Source: Chloroflexota bacterium (lineage in GTDB: Bacteria > Chloroflexota > Anaerolineae > Anaerolineales > Villigracilaceae). Taken from it: 32,000 nucleotides of DNA. The stretch spans positions 6,242-38,241 of the forward strand of contig JACRLC010000064.1 in the NCBI GenBank assembly GCA_016235425.1, given 5' to 3'. Made by a program: the position numbers and the translations under genes. The notes beneath the pieces are model-generated. The model made no database searches, was not told the DNA's origin, and worked only from the letters and a program-made list of their open reading frames with translations. Positions 16,815-24,175 of this stretch are shown piece by piece; within the stretch, counting starts at the first letter, position 1; every line of letters begins with the position of its first letter.

Positions 16815-17931
16815 GGCACAAACTCCGACTGATACGCCTGCGCCTGTAACGGCTACGGCAACAGGTCATCCGTTATGGCCTTCGATGACGCCTGAACCGA
16901 CGCAAAATTATACCTGTCCTGGGTCTCAGCCGATTGGATGGGGGACTGTAACGCCCGATCCGTATTGGCTTCTCAATTGTCAGGTGTGCGTTACTCCGCA
17001 AGTGCAGGCGACTGAGACGCCCTATCCCGTATCAACTTACATGATCCCGCTGACACAGACGGCGCAAGCTGTCTCTACGCTTACACCTGGTACGGCGACT
17101 GTGACGGTTACTCCTGCCGCCACGTCTATCGCTGGTACGTCTACTCCTGGCAATCCGCTTTTGGTTTGTGATAGTCCTGGCTGTGTCGAGTTGAGTGATA
17201 CATCCATAATGCAACATTTTGCGGGGGAGGTTCTGGTATCTACTCATCCGCAGGTTGTTGTTACGATGAACTATCATCGCACGTCGTCGGCGTGGGCTTC
17301 GCTTTATGTTTACTACTGGGTGACGCATGCGGAATTGCAGAATACGACGGGGTCAGGTAAGAACGTGGCGGATTTTTACAGGACTACTTCTAATGTGAAC
17401 CTTATCAATTATCAGTTCCCTGTCACGGGTATATCGGCAGGGACGACGAGGGATGCTACGTTTGATTATAGTGCGGTCACGTCCAGTACTAACTGGGTGG
17501 GTACTATTTTTACGGGCATACAGTTGGACGGGGCGATAGGTGTTATCTATCGTTACGATATGGACATATATGTTTCTACTGTGCCGATGGATTTTGGCCT
17601 TTTGACTGTTACGCCTACTCCGGTTGTTACCGCTACACCTTATAGCAACTGTGGCGCTGTTGATCCTGATCCAGACACAGGCGGTGATGGTGATTTCGAG
17701 ATACCCGATCCTTGGATTGGTGGCACGACCTGCCCGATTGATTTTGGTGGGGTGGATATTCCGCTGTACGGTATTTTCGGTCTTTCTGATTTTCATCTTC
17801 CTGGTTTGCGGGTTTGCTTTACCGAGATTACGTTTGGCACGCTGGTTTACTATGGTGTTGCCGTGGACGTAGATTATCTTGCTTACATTCTGGCGGCCGC
17901 CGCTCTGATCGGCATGTTTACGAAAGGTTAA
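16750..17931 (+). CDS. g3p-like minor coat / adsorption protein candidate
   Basis: MLALSFFFLLFLPLFLPVSRVEA is a signal peptide. Thr/Pro-rich linkers (TPTDTPAPVTATATG, TLTPGTATVTVTPAATS, TVTPTPVVTATP) separate domains. C-terminal TM anchor YLAYILAAAALIGMF. Confidence 0.55.
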   Translation: MLALSFFFLLFLPLFLPVSRVEAQTPTDTPAPVTATATGHPLWPSMTPEPTQNYTCPGSQPIGWGTVTPDPYWLLNCQVCVTPQVQATETPYPVSTYMIPLTQTAQAVSTLTPGTATVTVTPAATSIAGTSTPGNPLLVCDSPGCVELSDTSIMQHFAGEVLVSTHPQVVVTMNYHRTSSAWASLYVYYWVTHAELQNTTGSGKNVADFYRTTSNVNLINYQFPVTGISAGTTRDATFDYSAVTSSTNWVGTIFTGIQLDGAIGVIYRYDMDIYVSTVPMDFGLLTVTPTPVVTATPYSNCGAVDPDPDTGGDGDFEIPDPWIGGTTCPIDFGGVDIPLYGIFGLSDFHLPGLRVCFTEITFGTLVYYGVAVDVDYLAYILAAAALIGMFTKG

Positions 17932-17935
17932 TGAC

Positions 17936-18046
17936 ATGGGCGATATTGAAATTACGTTCCTTATGAACCCGCATGTACTGACGGCGTTGGGCGTTTGGCT
18001 TTTGGCGACACTGGTCAAGTGGGTTGTTGGCTTTTTTCGAGGCTGA
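17936..18046 (+). CDS. 36-aa single-TM protein (minor coat g6p/g7p/g9p analogue?), not in ORF track
   Basis: Hand translation gives MGDIEITFLMNPHVLTALGVWLLATLVKWVVGFFRG. It lies between the g3p-like and Zot-like genes. Confidence 0.4.
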   Translation: MGDIEITFLMNPHVLTALGVWLLATLVKWVVGFFRG

Positions 18047-18048
18047 TT

Positions 18049-18864
18049 ATGCCGTTCATGGGAGCGCAGGTTGCTTTTGCTACACTGCATGGGTATCGCA
18101 TGGTCTGGATACCTGGCGCATTTGGCAATGGCAAGACGTTGCTTTCGATGGGTATTTACGCACAGTACTTTCAGCCGCGAGGTTACAAGCTTGTTTCGAA
18201 TACTCGTTCTATCTGGACAGAAGAGAGTTTGGACAATGTTCGGATGGATGATAACGGTCATCTAAAGGCGTTTATCCTGATTGACGAGGGCGGGCAGTAC
18301 TTTACGGATGGTGATGATATTCGGGAGTTGTTGCGTAATCCCCGCAAGATGGATTATGTCTTGTGCTTTCCGTCTTTTCATCCGCCGCATCGTTCGGCGC
18401 AAATTTATCAAATGCAACCCACTTGGAGTTTTCGGTCTGCTGGAATTCCGCTGATACATTTCGACTGGTATGTCAAGATTGGTCAGTACAAGACAAAAGG
18501 CGGCTTCAATTGGGTGCTTTTTCAGGAGATGTATGGAACTTATTCGAGTCAAAACCCTGGCGCATCGCCTGCGTCAATTCGTAAGTGGCTTTCGGCACAG
18601 AACAAACTTTTTCGGGAACGCTTCGGCTATGACGACGAAGATGATGTTCTCGACAATCAAGAGGGCGGCTCTGTCGCTGGTGACTGGCTTCGGAAGATGG
18701 AGGGCGAAAAGCTTACAGCCGAAGAAAGACGGGTTCAAGACTTGCTCCAAAGTGCGCTTCGGGCTAATCGAGACAGTGAGGATAATTTGGCACTTATGGA
18801 GGAAGAAACCGCTGAGCTCGAGGCCGTACTTGCTCGAAGTGCAAAGCGGAGGAAACGGGGCTGA
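18049..18864 (+). CDS. Zot / pI-like P-loop morphogenesis ATPase
   Basis: Walker A GAFGNGKT and Walker B FILIDEGG at Zot-family spacing. The position after the g3p/g6p analogues fits. The C-terminus is an acidic coiled coil with no TM helix. Confidence 0.75.
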   Translation: MPFMGAQVAFATLHGYRMVWIPGAFGNGKTLLSMGIYAQYFQPRGYKLVSNTRSIWTEESLDNVRMDDNGHLKAFILIDEGGQYFTDGDDIRELLRNPRKMDYVLCFPSFHPPHRSAQIYQMQPTWSFRSAGIPLIHFDWYVKIGQYKTKGGFNWVLFQEMYGTYSSQNPGASPASIRKWLSAQNKLFRERFGYDDEDDVLDNQEGGSVAGDWLRKMEGEKLTAEERRVQDLLQSALRANRDSEDNLALMEEETAELEAVLARSAKRRKRG

Positions 18865-18874
18865 TGCCGCTGGT

Positions 18875-19528
18875 GTGGTGGCGTTCATTGGCTTTATGAT
18901 GTATATCGCTTTTATGTTGCGCTTGTTCCTGCCGATGATTGGTAACATTCCGTTTTTCAGTTCTGCCGATACCGCAATCGAGCAGGCCGAATTTGTACCT
19001 GCTCCTGCTACGGCTGTTTATGGTGCTGGCTATACGGGTCTCTCTGTTCCTGGGTCTACTCCGGTTTTCAATCTTCCTGTGCCTGCTGTCACGGCTACGG
19101 TTGTGCTTGAGCAACCGACGTACACACCTTATCCGACGTACACGCCTTATCCGGTGGCGACCCAGGATGTCTTGACTATCAAGGTACAGTACTCATATTA
19201 CTGGCCGCCGCTCTTAGGCCCTAACTGTCATCCTGATAATCTGCTTCCCGAGGGCGGCTGTCGGGATACTACATCGAGCGGTTTGCCCTGGTCGCAATAC
19301 CGAGGCAAGGGAGTGGCGATACCGTTACTTTGGACTGAGGCTGTCCCGCTTGGGTCAACGGTTCGGGTTTTGTCTCCCGTCGAAATGATAGGCGACTATC
19401 TTGTTATAGATTACTGCGGTGGTTGCATCAAGTCAGAGTACCCTGATTTGGTTTGGCTGGACTTTCTGGATGATACACAACGGTTGAATTGGTCTGCCGA
19501 TATGACGGTGCAAATCATTCCGCCGTGA
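18875..19528 (+). CDS. membrane-anchored protein with C-terminal 3D / RlpA-like (DPBB) domain
   Basis: The start is uncertain: GTG at 18875 or 18878, or ATG at 18896. N-terminal TM VVAFIGFMMYIAFMLRLFLPMIG, then a PTYTPYPTYTPYP linker. SYYWPP..TSSGLPW..GVAIP..VPLGSTVRV..IGDYLVIDYCGGCI..LDFL resembles 3D-domain muralytic proteins. Confidence 0.5.
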   Translation: MVAFIGFMMYIAFMLRLFLPMIGNIPFFSSADTAIEQAEFVPAPATAVYGAGYTGLSVPGSTPVFNLPVPAVTATVVLEQPTYTPYPTYTPYPVATQDVLTIKVQYSYYWPPLLGPNCHPDNLLPEGGCRDTTSSGLPWSQYRGKGVAIPLLWTEAVPLGSTVRVLSPVEMIGDYLVIDYCGGCIKSEYPDLVWLDFLDDTQRLNWSADMTVQIIPP

Positions 19529-20199
19529 AATATAACGGTAAATGCCTGGGGCTTGAAAATCGCTTGTAGAATGTCTGGCCGTTCCGTGTGCAATGTCTAT
19601 CGGAGCGAGAATTTACCAGACGAGAGCGCATCAGGTAAAACGGAAAATGCCGGTGATACTGTCAATCTTCCAGCGTCGTGAATGCCTGTTTTTGCAATGC
19701 CTGGGTTGCGGTGATGTGGTGAGAAAGGTGCTTTTGTGATCTCGGCTCTCGGCTTGGCTACGCGACCCCTTCTCCGCCTGTGTGTCGGTAGAATGTTTTT
19801 GGTAGGGAATGTCTGTTGTTTTTAGTGCGTATCCGAAGTTCACGCAGTGGTGCGGCGTTGGTATTTTGCGGTGATGTGTTGCCGATAGTGTAAGCGTTGA
19901 TACTGGTTCTTTGCTGGTTTTGTAGTGGCGCATATCTTTTCTATGCGAGCTAACTTAGCGAAGATGTCGGGTTTGTGCGGATGTGCGCCACTGCAAATTT
20001 AGCAAATGATGGAGTCGAGGACGGAACGGAGAACGAGGACTGGAGCGGAGCGAAGCCCGCAGTTCGAGTACCGCCCGCAGTTGCAAAATAACAAGACGCC
20101 CCCACTACTGATAGGGGGGCGGAGTTTTGTAAAGTTATATTTTGGACTTTCTCGGTCTGGTTTTTCGGTCGAGACTTGTCTATACAAAGGATAATATCA
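19529..20199 (+). promoter_or_regulatory. prophage large intergenic region: candidate origin / packaging / regulatory region
   Basis: About 670 nt with no convincing ORF. Same-orientation AATG[CT]CTG[GT] 9-mers, a 13-bp direct repeat, a 12-bp stem inverted repeat, a purine-rich tract and a GC hairpin at 20097-20121, all upstream of rep. Confidence 0.4.
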
Positions 20200-21147
20200 A
20201 TGCGTATACACTGGTTTGCTTTTACTGTTCACGCTGACGAGGCTCATGGTCGGGCTTTGTGGCAACGTCACTTTTTTCATTCGCTCGGTGCGTTGGTTTC
20301 TACTGAGCGTAAGGGCCGAGGGTTCGAGGCTATTGATGTGGCTTTGAACGAGGCGAAGTTCTATTATTCTCCGATCCAGCCCAAGAAAAAAGGTGAGGAT
20401 GATCCTGAGCCGAAAAAGTTGGAGTACTACAATTTCGAGATACCTGGCTCGGCTTGTGATGCTCTTGTTCCCACGGTTTTTCGGGATGTTGTCGGGGAGT
20501 TGAGTGCTTCGGGCTTGCGTTGGTCGGTCAGGCGGATAGATGTTGCCTGGGACGGATTGCCTTTTACGCCTGTCGAATTTGCTCATGCAGTTATTCGGGG
20601 CTATGCTGTGACTTTGGCAAAACGTGAGACATTATCACTGGTTCAATCTCCGTTTGCAGTGCGTGAAGATGGTTCGGGATTTGGCTGTGATACCTGTTAC
20701 ATAGGCAGTAAGGAAAGTCAACGTTTCATCCGTGTTTATAACTCTCGTGGCTTCAATCGTCTTGAAATTGTCTTTCGTGATGAGCGTGCGCATGTGGTTG
20801 CGTTGGATGTTTTTAATTATCGGTATGAATTTTGGGATTTGAAAGCTCGTGAGCATTTGACGCAATATATCCGCTTTACCGAGGAGTTCTCACAGTGGGA
20901 TGATTTTATTCAAGGCGCAAAAAGTGCCAATATAAAAGTCTCGTCTGCTCGCGTGATTTCGCTTGCTCGTGGCGAAAGTTGGATTGAAAAGCAGGTTGCC
21001 GTATTTCTTTCGGTGCATGAGGATGTTTGGGGCAGAAAGCAATCAAGAGACCGAATAGGGAAATTGGTCAATCATGCGCGGGCTACTCGTGACCGTACTC
21101 GTTACTCCGCTGTTCTTCAACTAGCGAATGCTGGTGGGATGTTGTGA
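20200..21147 (+). CDS. rolling-circle replication initiator (Rep_trans family)
   Basis: MRIHWFAFTV (IDWLxFT-like), FEIPGSAC, VRRIDVAWD, TCYIGSKESQRFIRVYNSRG and NRLEIVFRDERA match the Rep_trans motif series as remembered. Confidence 0.8.
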   Translation: MRIHWFAFTVHADEAHGRALWQRHFFHSLGALVSTERKGRGFEAIDVALNEAKFYYSPIQPKKKGEDDPEPKKLEYYNFEIPGSACDALVPTVFRDVVGELSASGLRWSVRRIDVAWDGLPFTPVEFAHAVIRGYAVTLAKRETLSLVQSPFAVREDGSGFGCDTCYIGSKESQRFIRVYNSRGFNRLEIVFRDERAHVVALDVFNYRYEFWDLKAREHLTQYIRFTEEFSQWDDFIQGAKSANIKVSSARVISLARGESWIEKQVAVFLSVHEDVWGRKQSRDRIGKLVNHARATRDRTRYSAVLQLANAGGML

Positions 21148-21530
21148 TGCTTCTCAAAGGTCGCTTGAATGGTCGTGAAAGAACACGTCTCGGAAAACTT
21201 CTTGACATGCTTTATATGCCTAGCGAGTTGGCCGAGGAAGTAGGATTTATTACTCGTCAAATCTATCGTGTTTATGTTCCTTTGGGTTGTCCGTCAACTA
21301 AAGAAAATGGTCACATCTGGATAAATGGCAAAGACTTTGCGGAGTGGTATGAAGCGACTTATCCAAAGCAGACATTATTACCAGATGAGGCTTTTTGTCT
21401 TACTTGTAAAAAGGCCGTGGAAATGGTCAATCCTGAAAGGCGTAGAAAAGGGCGTTTGCGTTATTGGGTTTGTGGTTGTCCCAGGTGCGGGCGTCCACTT
21501 GCGAGAATAATAGACAGGGAAAAGAGGTAA
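21144..21530 (+). CDS. excisionase-like HTH plus CxxC/CxxC zinc-ribbon protein
   Basis: Overlaps the rep stop. MPSELAEEVGFITRQIYRVYVPLGCP..NGHIWINGKDFAEWY resembles the HTH_17/Xis pattern. CLTCKK...CGCPRCG is a zinc ribbon. Confidence 0.45.
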   Translation: MMLLKGRLNGRERTRLGKLLDMLYMPSELAEEVGFITRQIYRVYVPLGCPSTKENGHIWINGKDFAEWYEATYPKQTLLPDEAFCLTCKKAVEMVNPERRRKGRLRYWVCGCPRCGRPLARIIDREKR

Positions 21531-21535
21531 GAAGA

Positions 21536-21841
21536 ATGCGTAATAGTTTGGATTATCAAATGATGCGGGTTTTGCCTGAGCAGTTGTTGCATTTGCGGGG
21601 TTGGCATTCGCAGGATGAAGTATCATCTGCTATTGGGGTGCGTCGTGCAACTGTTTCGGACTGGGAGAATGGAAAGTCTCTTCCTTCTCTTGGTGTCTTT
21701 TTCAAGTTGCTTTTTTGGTTGTGTCAAAATAGGGGTCTGTATAGGTCTGCGGTCGAGAATTGTACGGTCGAGTTGACATTGCCAGGCGGTGTACGGTGCA
21801 GGGTACAGTTTATCGAGGAGCGGGGGAATGGTAAATCGTGA
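21536..21841 (+). CDS. HTH (Cro/C1-type) DNA-binding protein
   Basis: SQDEVSSAIGVRRATVSDWENGKSLPSLGVFFKL is an HTH_3 pattern. Confidence 0.6.
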   Translation: MRNSLDYQMMRVLPEQLLHLRGWHSQDEVSSAIGVRRATVSDWENGKSLPSLGVFFKLLFWLCQNRGLYRSAVENCTVELTLPGGVRCRVQFIEERGNGKS

Positions 21842-22856
21842 TAATTGGAAATATGTTCGAGCATATCTAAGGTATCGGCGGGAGGTAGATCGAATTTCCA
21901 AGAGTTCTCAACGCTTAGAGGAAAGTCGTCTTAGACAATTGTTGCAGTGGGCTGATGCTCGGTCATTTTCAAAGGTGATGGGTATTCGCCCTGTGTTTCC
22001 TGAATATCTGGAAAATCAGGGGCTGTCACGGATTTATGTTCTTCATGTTTTGCGCTCGTCTCGTCGCTTTCTTGGATGGCTTAGAAAGCATGAAATTGGA
22101 TTTTCTGTGATTACTGAGGGCTGGTTGGATACGCTAAAACCATCTAGGGGTAATCCTGAGTATAAAGAGCATGAAGCGGTGACGTTGGAGGAAATACGGG
22201 CTATGGCATGTGCGTCTGTTGAAACGATAGGTGAAAGGCGTATTAGGGCTTCCGTGGTCTTTTGGTTTTTATCGGGTATTCGTGTTGGTGCATTTGTTAC
22301 TTTACCGCTGTCTGCTGTGGATTTAGAAAACCGGACAGTCAAGCAATGGCCTAAGCTGGGAGTAAAGACAAAATTTGGGAAACACGCCACTACGTTTTTA
22401 TTAGATATGCCTGATTTGTTGGAAGTAGTGCAGGAATGGGATAGAGAAGTGCGGGAAGCTGGTGCAAGATATTGGTTTGCTCATGTTGACCCTGAAACGG
22501 GAAAAATTCTTCCAGGAGGCGATGAGGCGGGAAAACATCGGGATGTGAGGGCGAGAAAGGATTTGCAAGCGTGGCTTGGTCGGGTTGGTTTGCTTTATCA
22601 TTCTCCTCATAAATTTAGGCATGGTCACGCCACTTATGCTTTGAAAGGTGCGAAAGATGTACCTGCGCTAAAAGCGATAAGTCAAAATTTGATGCACAAG
22701 AATTTGAGCGTTACGGATGGGGTTTATGCTATTTTGTCGGATTTTGACGTGAAAGAACAAATCACGGAGTTAGGCAAAACTATAGCAGGTAGCCAAAATA
22801 GGGATGAATTGATTGAACTTTTGAAGCAGGTTTTGAAGCAGAATTCCCCCAAATAA
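21828..22856 (+). CDS. int: tyrosine integrase
   Basis: HKFRHGHATYAL is the HxxR box and LMHKNLSVTDGVY carries the catalytic Tyr. N-terminal SAM-like domain. It abuts the tRNA-Met attR. Confidence 0.85.
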   Translation: MVNRDNWKYVRAYLRYRREVDRISKSSQRLEESRLRQLLQWADARSFSKVMGIRPVFPEYLENQGLSRIYVLHVLRSSRRFLGWLRKHEIGFSVITEGWLDTLKPSRGNPEYKEHEAVTLEEIRAMACASVETIGERRIRASVVFWFLSGIRVGAFVTLPLSAVDLENRTVKQWPKLGVKTKFGKHATTFLLDMPDLLEVVQEWDREVREAGARYWFAHVDPETGKILPGGDEAGKHRDVRARKDLQAWLGRVGLLYHSPHKFRHGHATYALKGAKDVPALKAISQNLMHKNLSVTDGVYAILSDFDVKEQITELGKTIAGSQNRDELIELLKQVLKQNSPK

Positions 22857-22898
22857 AAGATTGAATTGGTACAAAACGGCTCTAAAAAAGTGCCTTTT

Positions 22899-22933
22899 GT
22901 GGGCCCGGCAGGATTTGAACCTGCGACCAAGCG
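22899..22933. repeat. attR: 35-bp repeat inside intact tRNA-Met
   Basis: Identical to 13940-13974. Confidence 0.8.
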
Positions 22934-22972
22934 ATTATGAGTCGCCTGCGCTAACCGCTGCGCCACGGGCCC
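22900..22972 (-). tRNA. tRNA-Met (anticodon CAT; could alternatively be a lysidine-modified tRNA-Ile2)
   Basis: Hand-folded cloverleaf: acceptor GGGCCCG/CGGGCCC, anticodon loop CTCATAA, T-loop TTCAAAT. No encoded CCA. Confidence 0.85.
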
Positions 22973-23053
22973 CGGGTTAATTGTCAGGTGCTCCAGTGTC
23001 ATGTGTCACGATGCCTGACACCTGAAACGTGACACTGAAGCACCTAACCTGAG

Positions 23054-23125
23054 AGCGGGAGACGGGATTCGAACCCGCGAATATCAGCTTGGAAGGCTGA
23101 TGCCTTACCACTTGGCGACTCCCGC
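23054..23125 (-). tRNA. tRNA-Gly (TCC)
   Basis: Acceptor GCGGGAG/CTCCCGC, anticodon loop CTTCCAA, T-loop TTCGAAT, discriminator U. Confidence 0.85.
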
Positions 23126-23169
23126 ATGAGACCTAGATTTTACTTGGATGGGCATAGTCAGTCAAGCGC

Positions 23170-23198
23170 TTGACCTTCCCCTAAATCTAATGTAAAAT
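23170..23198 (+). promoter_or_regulatory. sigma70-type promoter for tRNA-Arg
   Basis: TTGACC, 17-nt spacer, TAAAAT, ending 18 nt before the tRNA. Confidence 0.6.
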
Positions 23199-23216
23199 AC
23201 TCGCCGCTAACAAGAT

Positions 23217-23293
23217 GCCCTCGTAGCTCAGTGGATTAGAGCGCTTGCTTGCGGAGCAATAGGTCGCGTGTTCGAGTCGCGCCGAGGGCGCCA
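23217..23293 (+). tRNA. tRNA-Arg (GCG), CCA encoded
   Basis: Acceptor GCCCTCG/CGAGGGC, anticodon loop TTGCGGA, T-loop TTCGAGT. One mismatch at the base of the anticodon stem. Confidence 0.8.
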
Positions 23294-23301
23294 CGTCAGA
23301 G

Positions 23302-23328
23302 GAGCGGGTAATCCCCGCTTCTTTTGTT
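23302..23328 (+). terminator. rho-independent terminator after tRNA-Arg
   Basis: agcggg-taatc-cccgct followed by tcttttgtt. Confidence 0.55.
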
Positions 23329-23336
23329 ATCAGGCC

Positions 23337-24146
23337 ATGAATAATAATCGTCCCCACATTCTCCTAACCAACGATGACGGCATCCGCTCACCCGGGTTAT
23401 GGGCCGCGGCTCGCGCGCTTTCCGAGATCGGCTACGTGACTGTCACCGCGCCGCGCGACCAATCTTCGGGCATGGGGCGTAGTTTGCCGAATACGTCAGA
23501 TGGGATCATCCGCGAAGAGAAGGTGCAGGTCAACGGTCAGGAATGGGGCGTGTATGCTGTTGGCGGGTCGCCTGCCCAGGCGGTGTTACATGCCATTCTG
23601 GAGATCGTCCCCCGCAAGCCTGACCTGGTCGTATCCGGGATCAATTACGGTGAAAACGTCGGGCTGGGTGTCACCATTTCCGGCACGGTCGGCGCGGCAA
23701 TGGAAGCCGCCGCGCTGGGCTATCCGGCTTTGGCAATATCGCTCGAAGCCGCCACACATTTGCACCTGACCTATTCCGAAGATGTGGACTTTTCCGCGGC
23801 AGGATATTTTGCGGCCTACTTCGCGAAGATGTTGCTGAACAAAACCTTTACGCCGGAAGTCAACCTGCTCAAAGTGGACGTGCCATCCGATGCGAAGCGG
23901 GAGACCGGCTGGCAAACCACCCGCCTCTCACGCCAGCGATATTTTGAACCCGTGCCGCCACAGCGTGATTCATGGGAGCAGCCTGCCATTATCACTTACA
24001 GGGAAGCCGCCCAACTGGACAATGAACTCGAGGACACGGACGTGTACGTTTTGCGGCGCAAGCGCATGGTCTCGGTAACGCCGATTTCACTGGATATGAC
24101 TGCGCCGGTGAATTTACAAAATTTCGAGAAATTTTTACGGGAATAA
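23337..24146 (+). CDS. surE: 5'/3'-nucleotidase SurE
   Basis: ILLTNDDGIRSPGL ... APRDQSSGMG ... SGINYGENVG are SurE signatures. The ORF-track start at 23268 reads through the tRNA. Confidence 0.9.
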   Translation: MNNNRPHILLTNDDGIRSPGLWAAARALSEIGYVTVTAPRDQSSGMGRSLPNTSDGIIREEKVQVNGQEWGVYAVGGSPAQAVLHAILEIVPRKPDLVVSGINYGENVGLGVTISGTVGAAMEAAALGYPALAISLEAATHLHLTYSEDVDFSAAGYFAAYFAKMLLNKTFTPEVNLLKVDVPSDAKRETGWQTTRLSRQRYFEPVPPQRDSWEQPAIITYREAAQLDNELEDTDVYVLRRKRMVSVTPISLDMTAPVNLQNFEKFLRE

Positions 24147-24173
24147 AAACGGGCTTCTCTCGAAGCCCGTTTT
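24146..24173. terminator. bidirectional terminator between surE and trx
   Basis: aaaacgggcttc-tctc-gaagcccgtttt. Confidence 0.65.
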
Positions 24174-24175
24174 CG

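Larger units (their letters stand above)
13940..22933. mobile_element. integrated inovirus-like (filamentous phage) prophage, about 9.0 kb, in tRNA-Met
   Basis: Perfect 35-bp direct repeats at both ends and an integrase adjacent to the tRNA. Rep_trans initiator, Zot/pI-like ATPase, tandem 37-42 aa coat-like proteins and a g3p-like protein are present. Genes are co-oriented and tightly packed. The element is visibly more AT-rich and T-rich than the flanks (by eye). No capsid, terminase or tail genes. Confidence 0.75.

Noticed and set aside
17353-18261. A 302-aa minus-strand ORF inside the prophage.
   Set aside because: It is antisense to the g3p-like and Zot-like genes. Its composition is extremely Arg/Ile/Thr/Ser/Asn-rich, has no hydrophobic core pattern and no RBS. 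It is a stop-poor shadow of a T-rich coding strand.
18470-18874. Upstream 135 codons of the 352-aa ORF overlapping the Zot-like gene.
   Set aside because: The sequence is basic and low-complexity and overlaps a motif-bearing ATPase frame. The real start is placed after the Zot stop. The open frame is kept only as a low-probability frameshift-fusion hypothesis.
19631-20194. ORFs of 60-100 aa in the prophage intergenic region (19631-19933 minus, 19999-20187 minus, 20006-20194 plus), plus several 20-36 codon plus-strand ORFs.
   Set aside because: None has an RBS. Their compositions are His/Arg/Thr-rich or Arg/Glu-rich, driven by the purine tract. The region is better explained as structured non-coding DNA.
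13975-22898. Searched the element for a pIV-type secretin, tailed-phage structural genes, toxin-antitoxin pairs or defence cargo.
   Set aside because: No ORF of suitable size or motif content was found. The only minus-strand cargo is the repressor and one coiled-coil membrane protein of unknown role.
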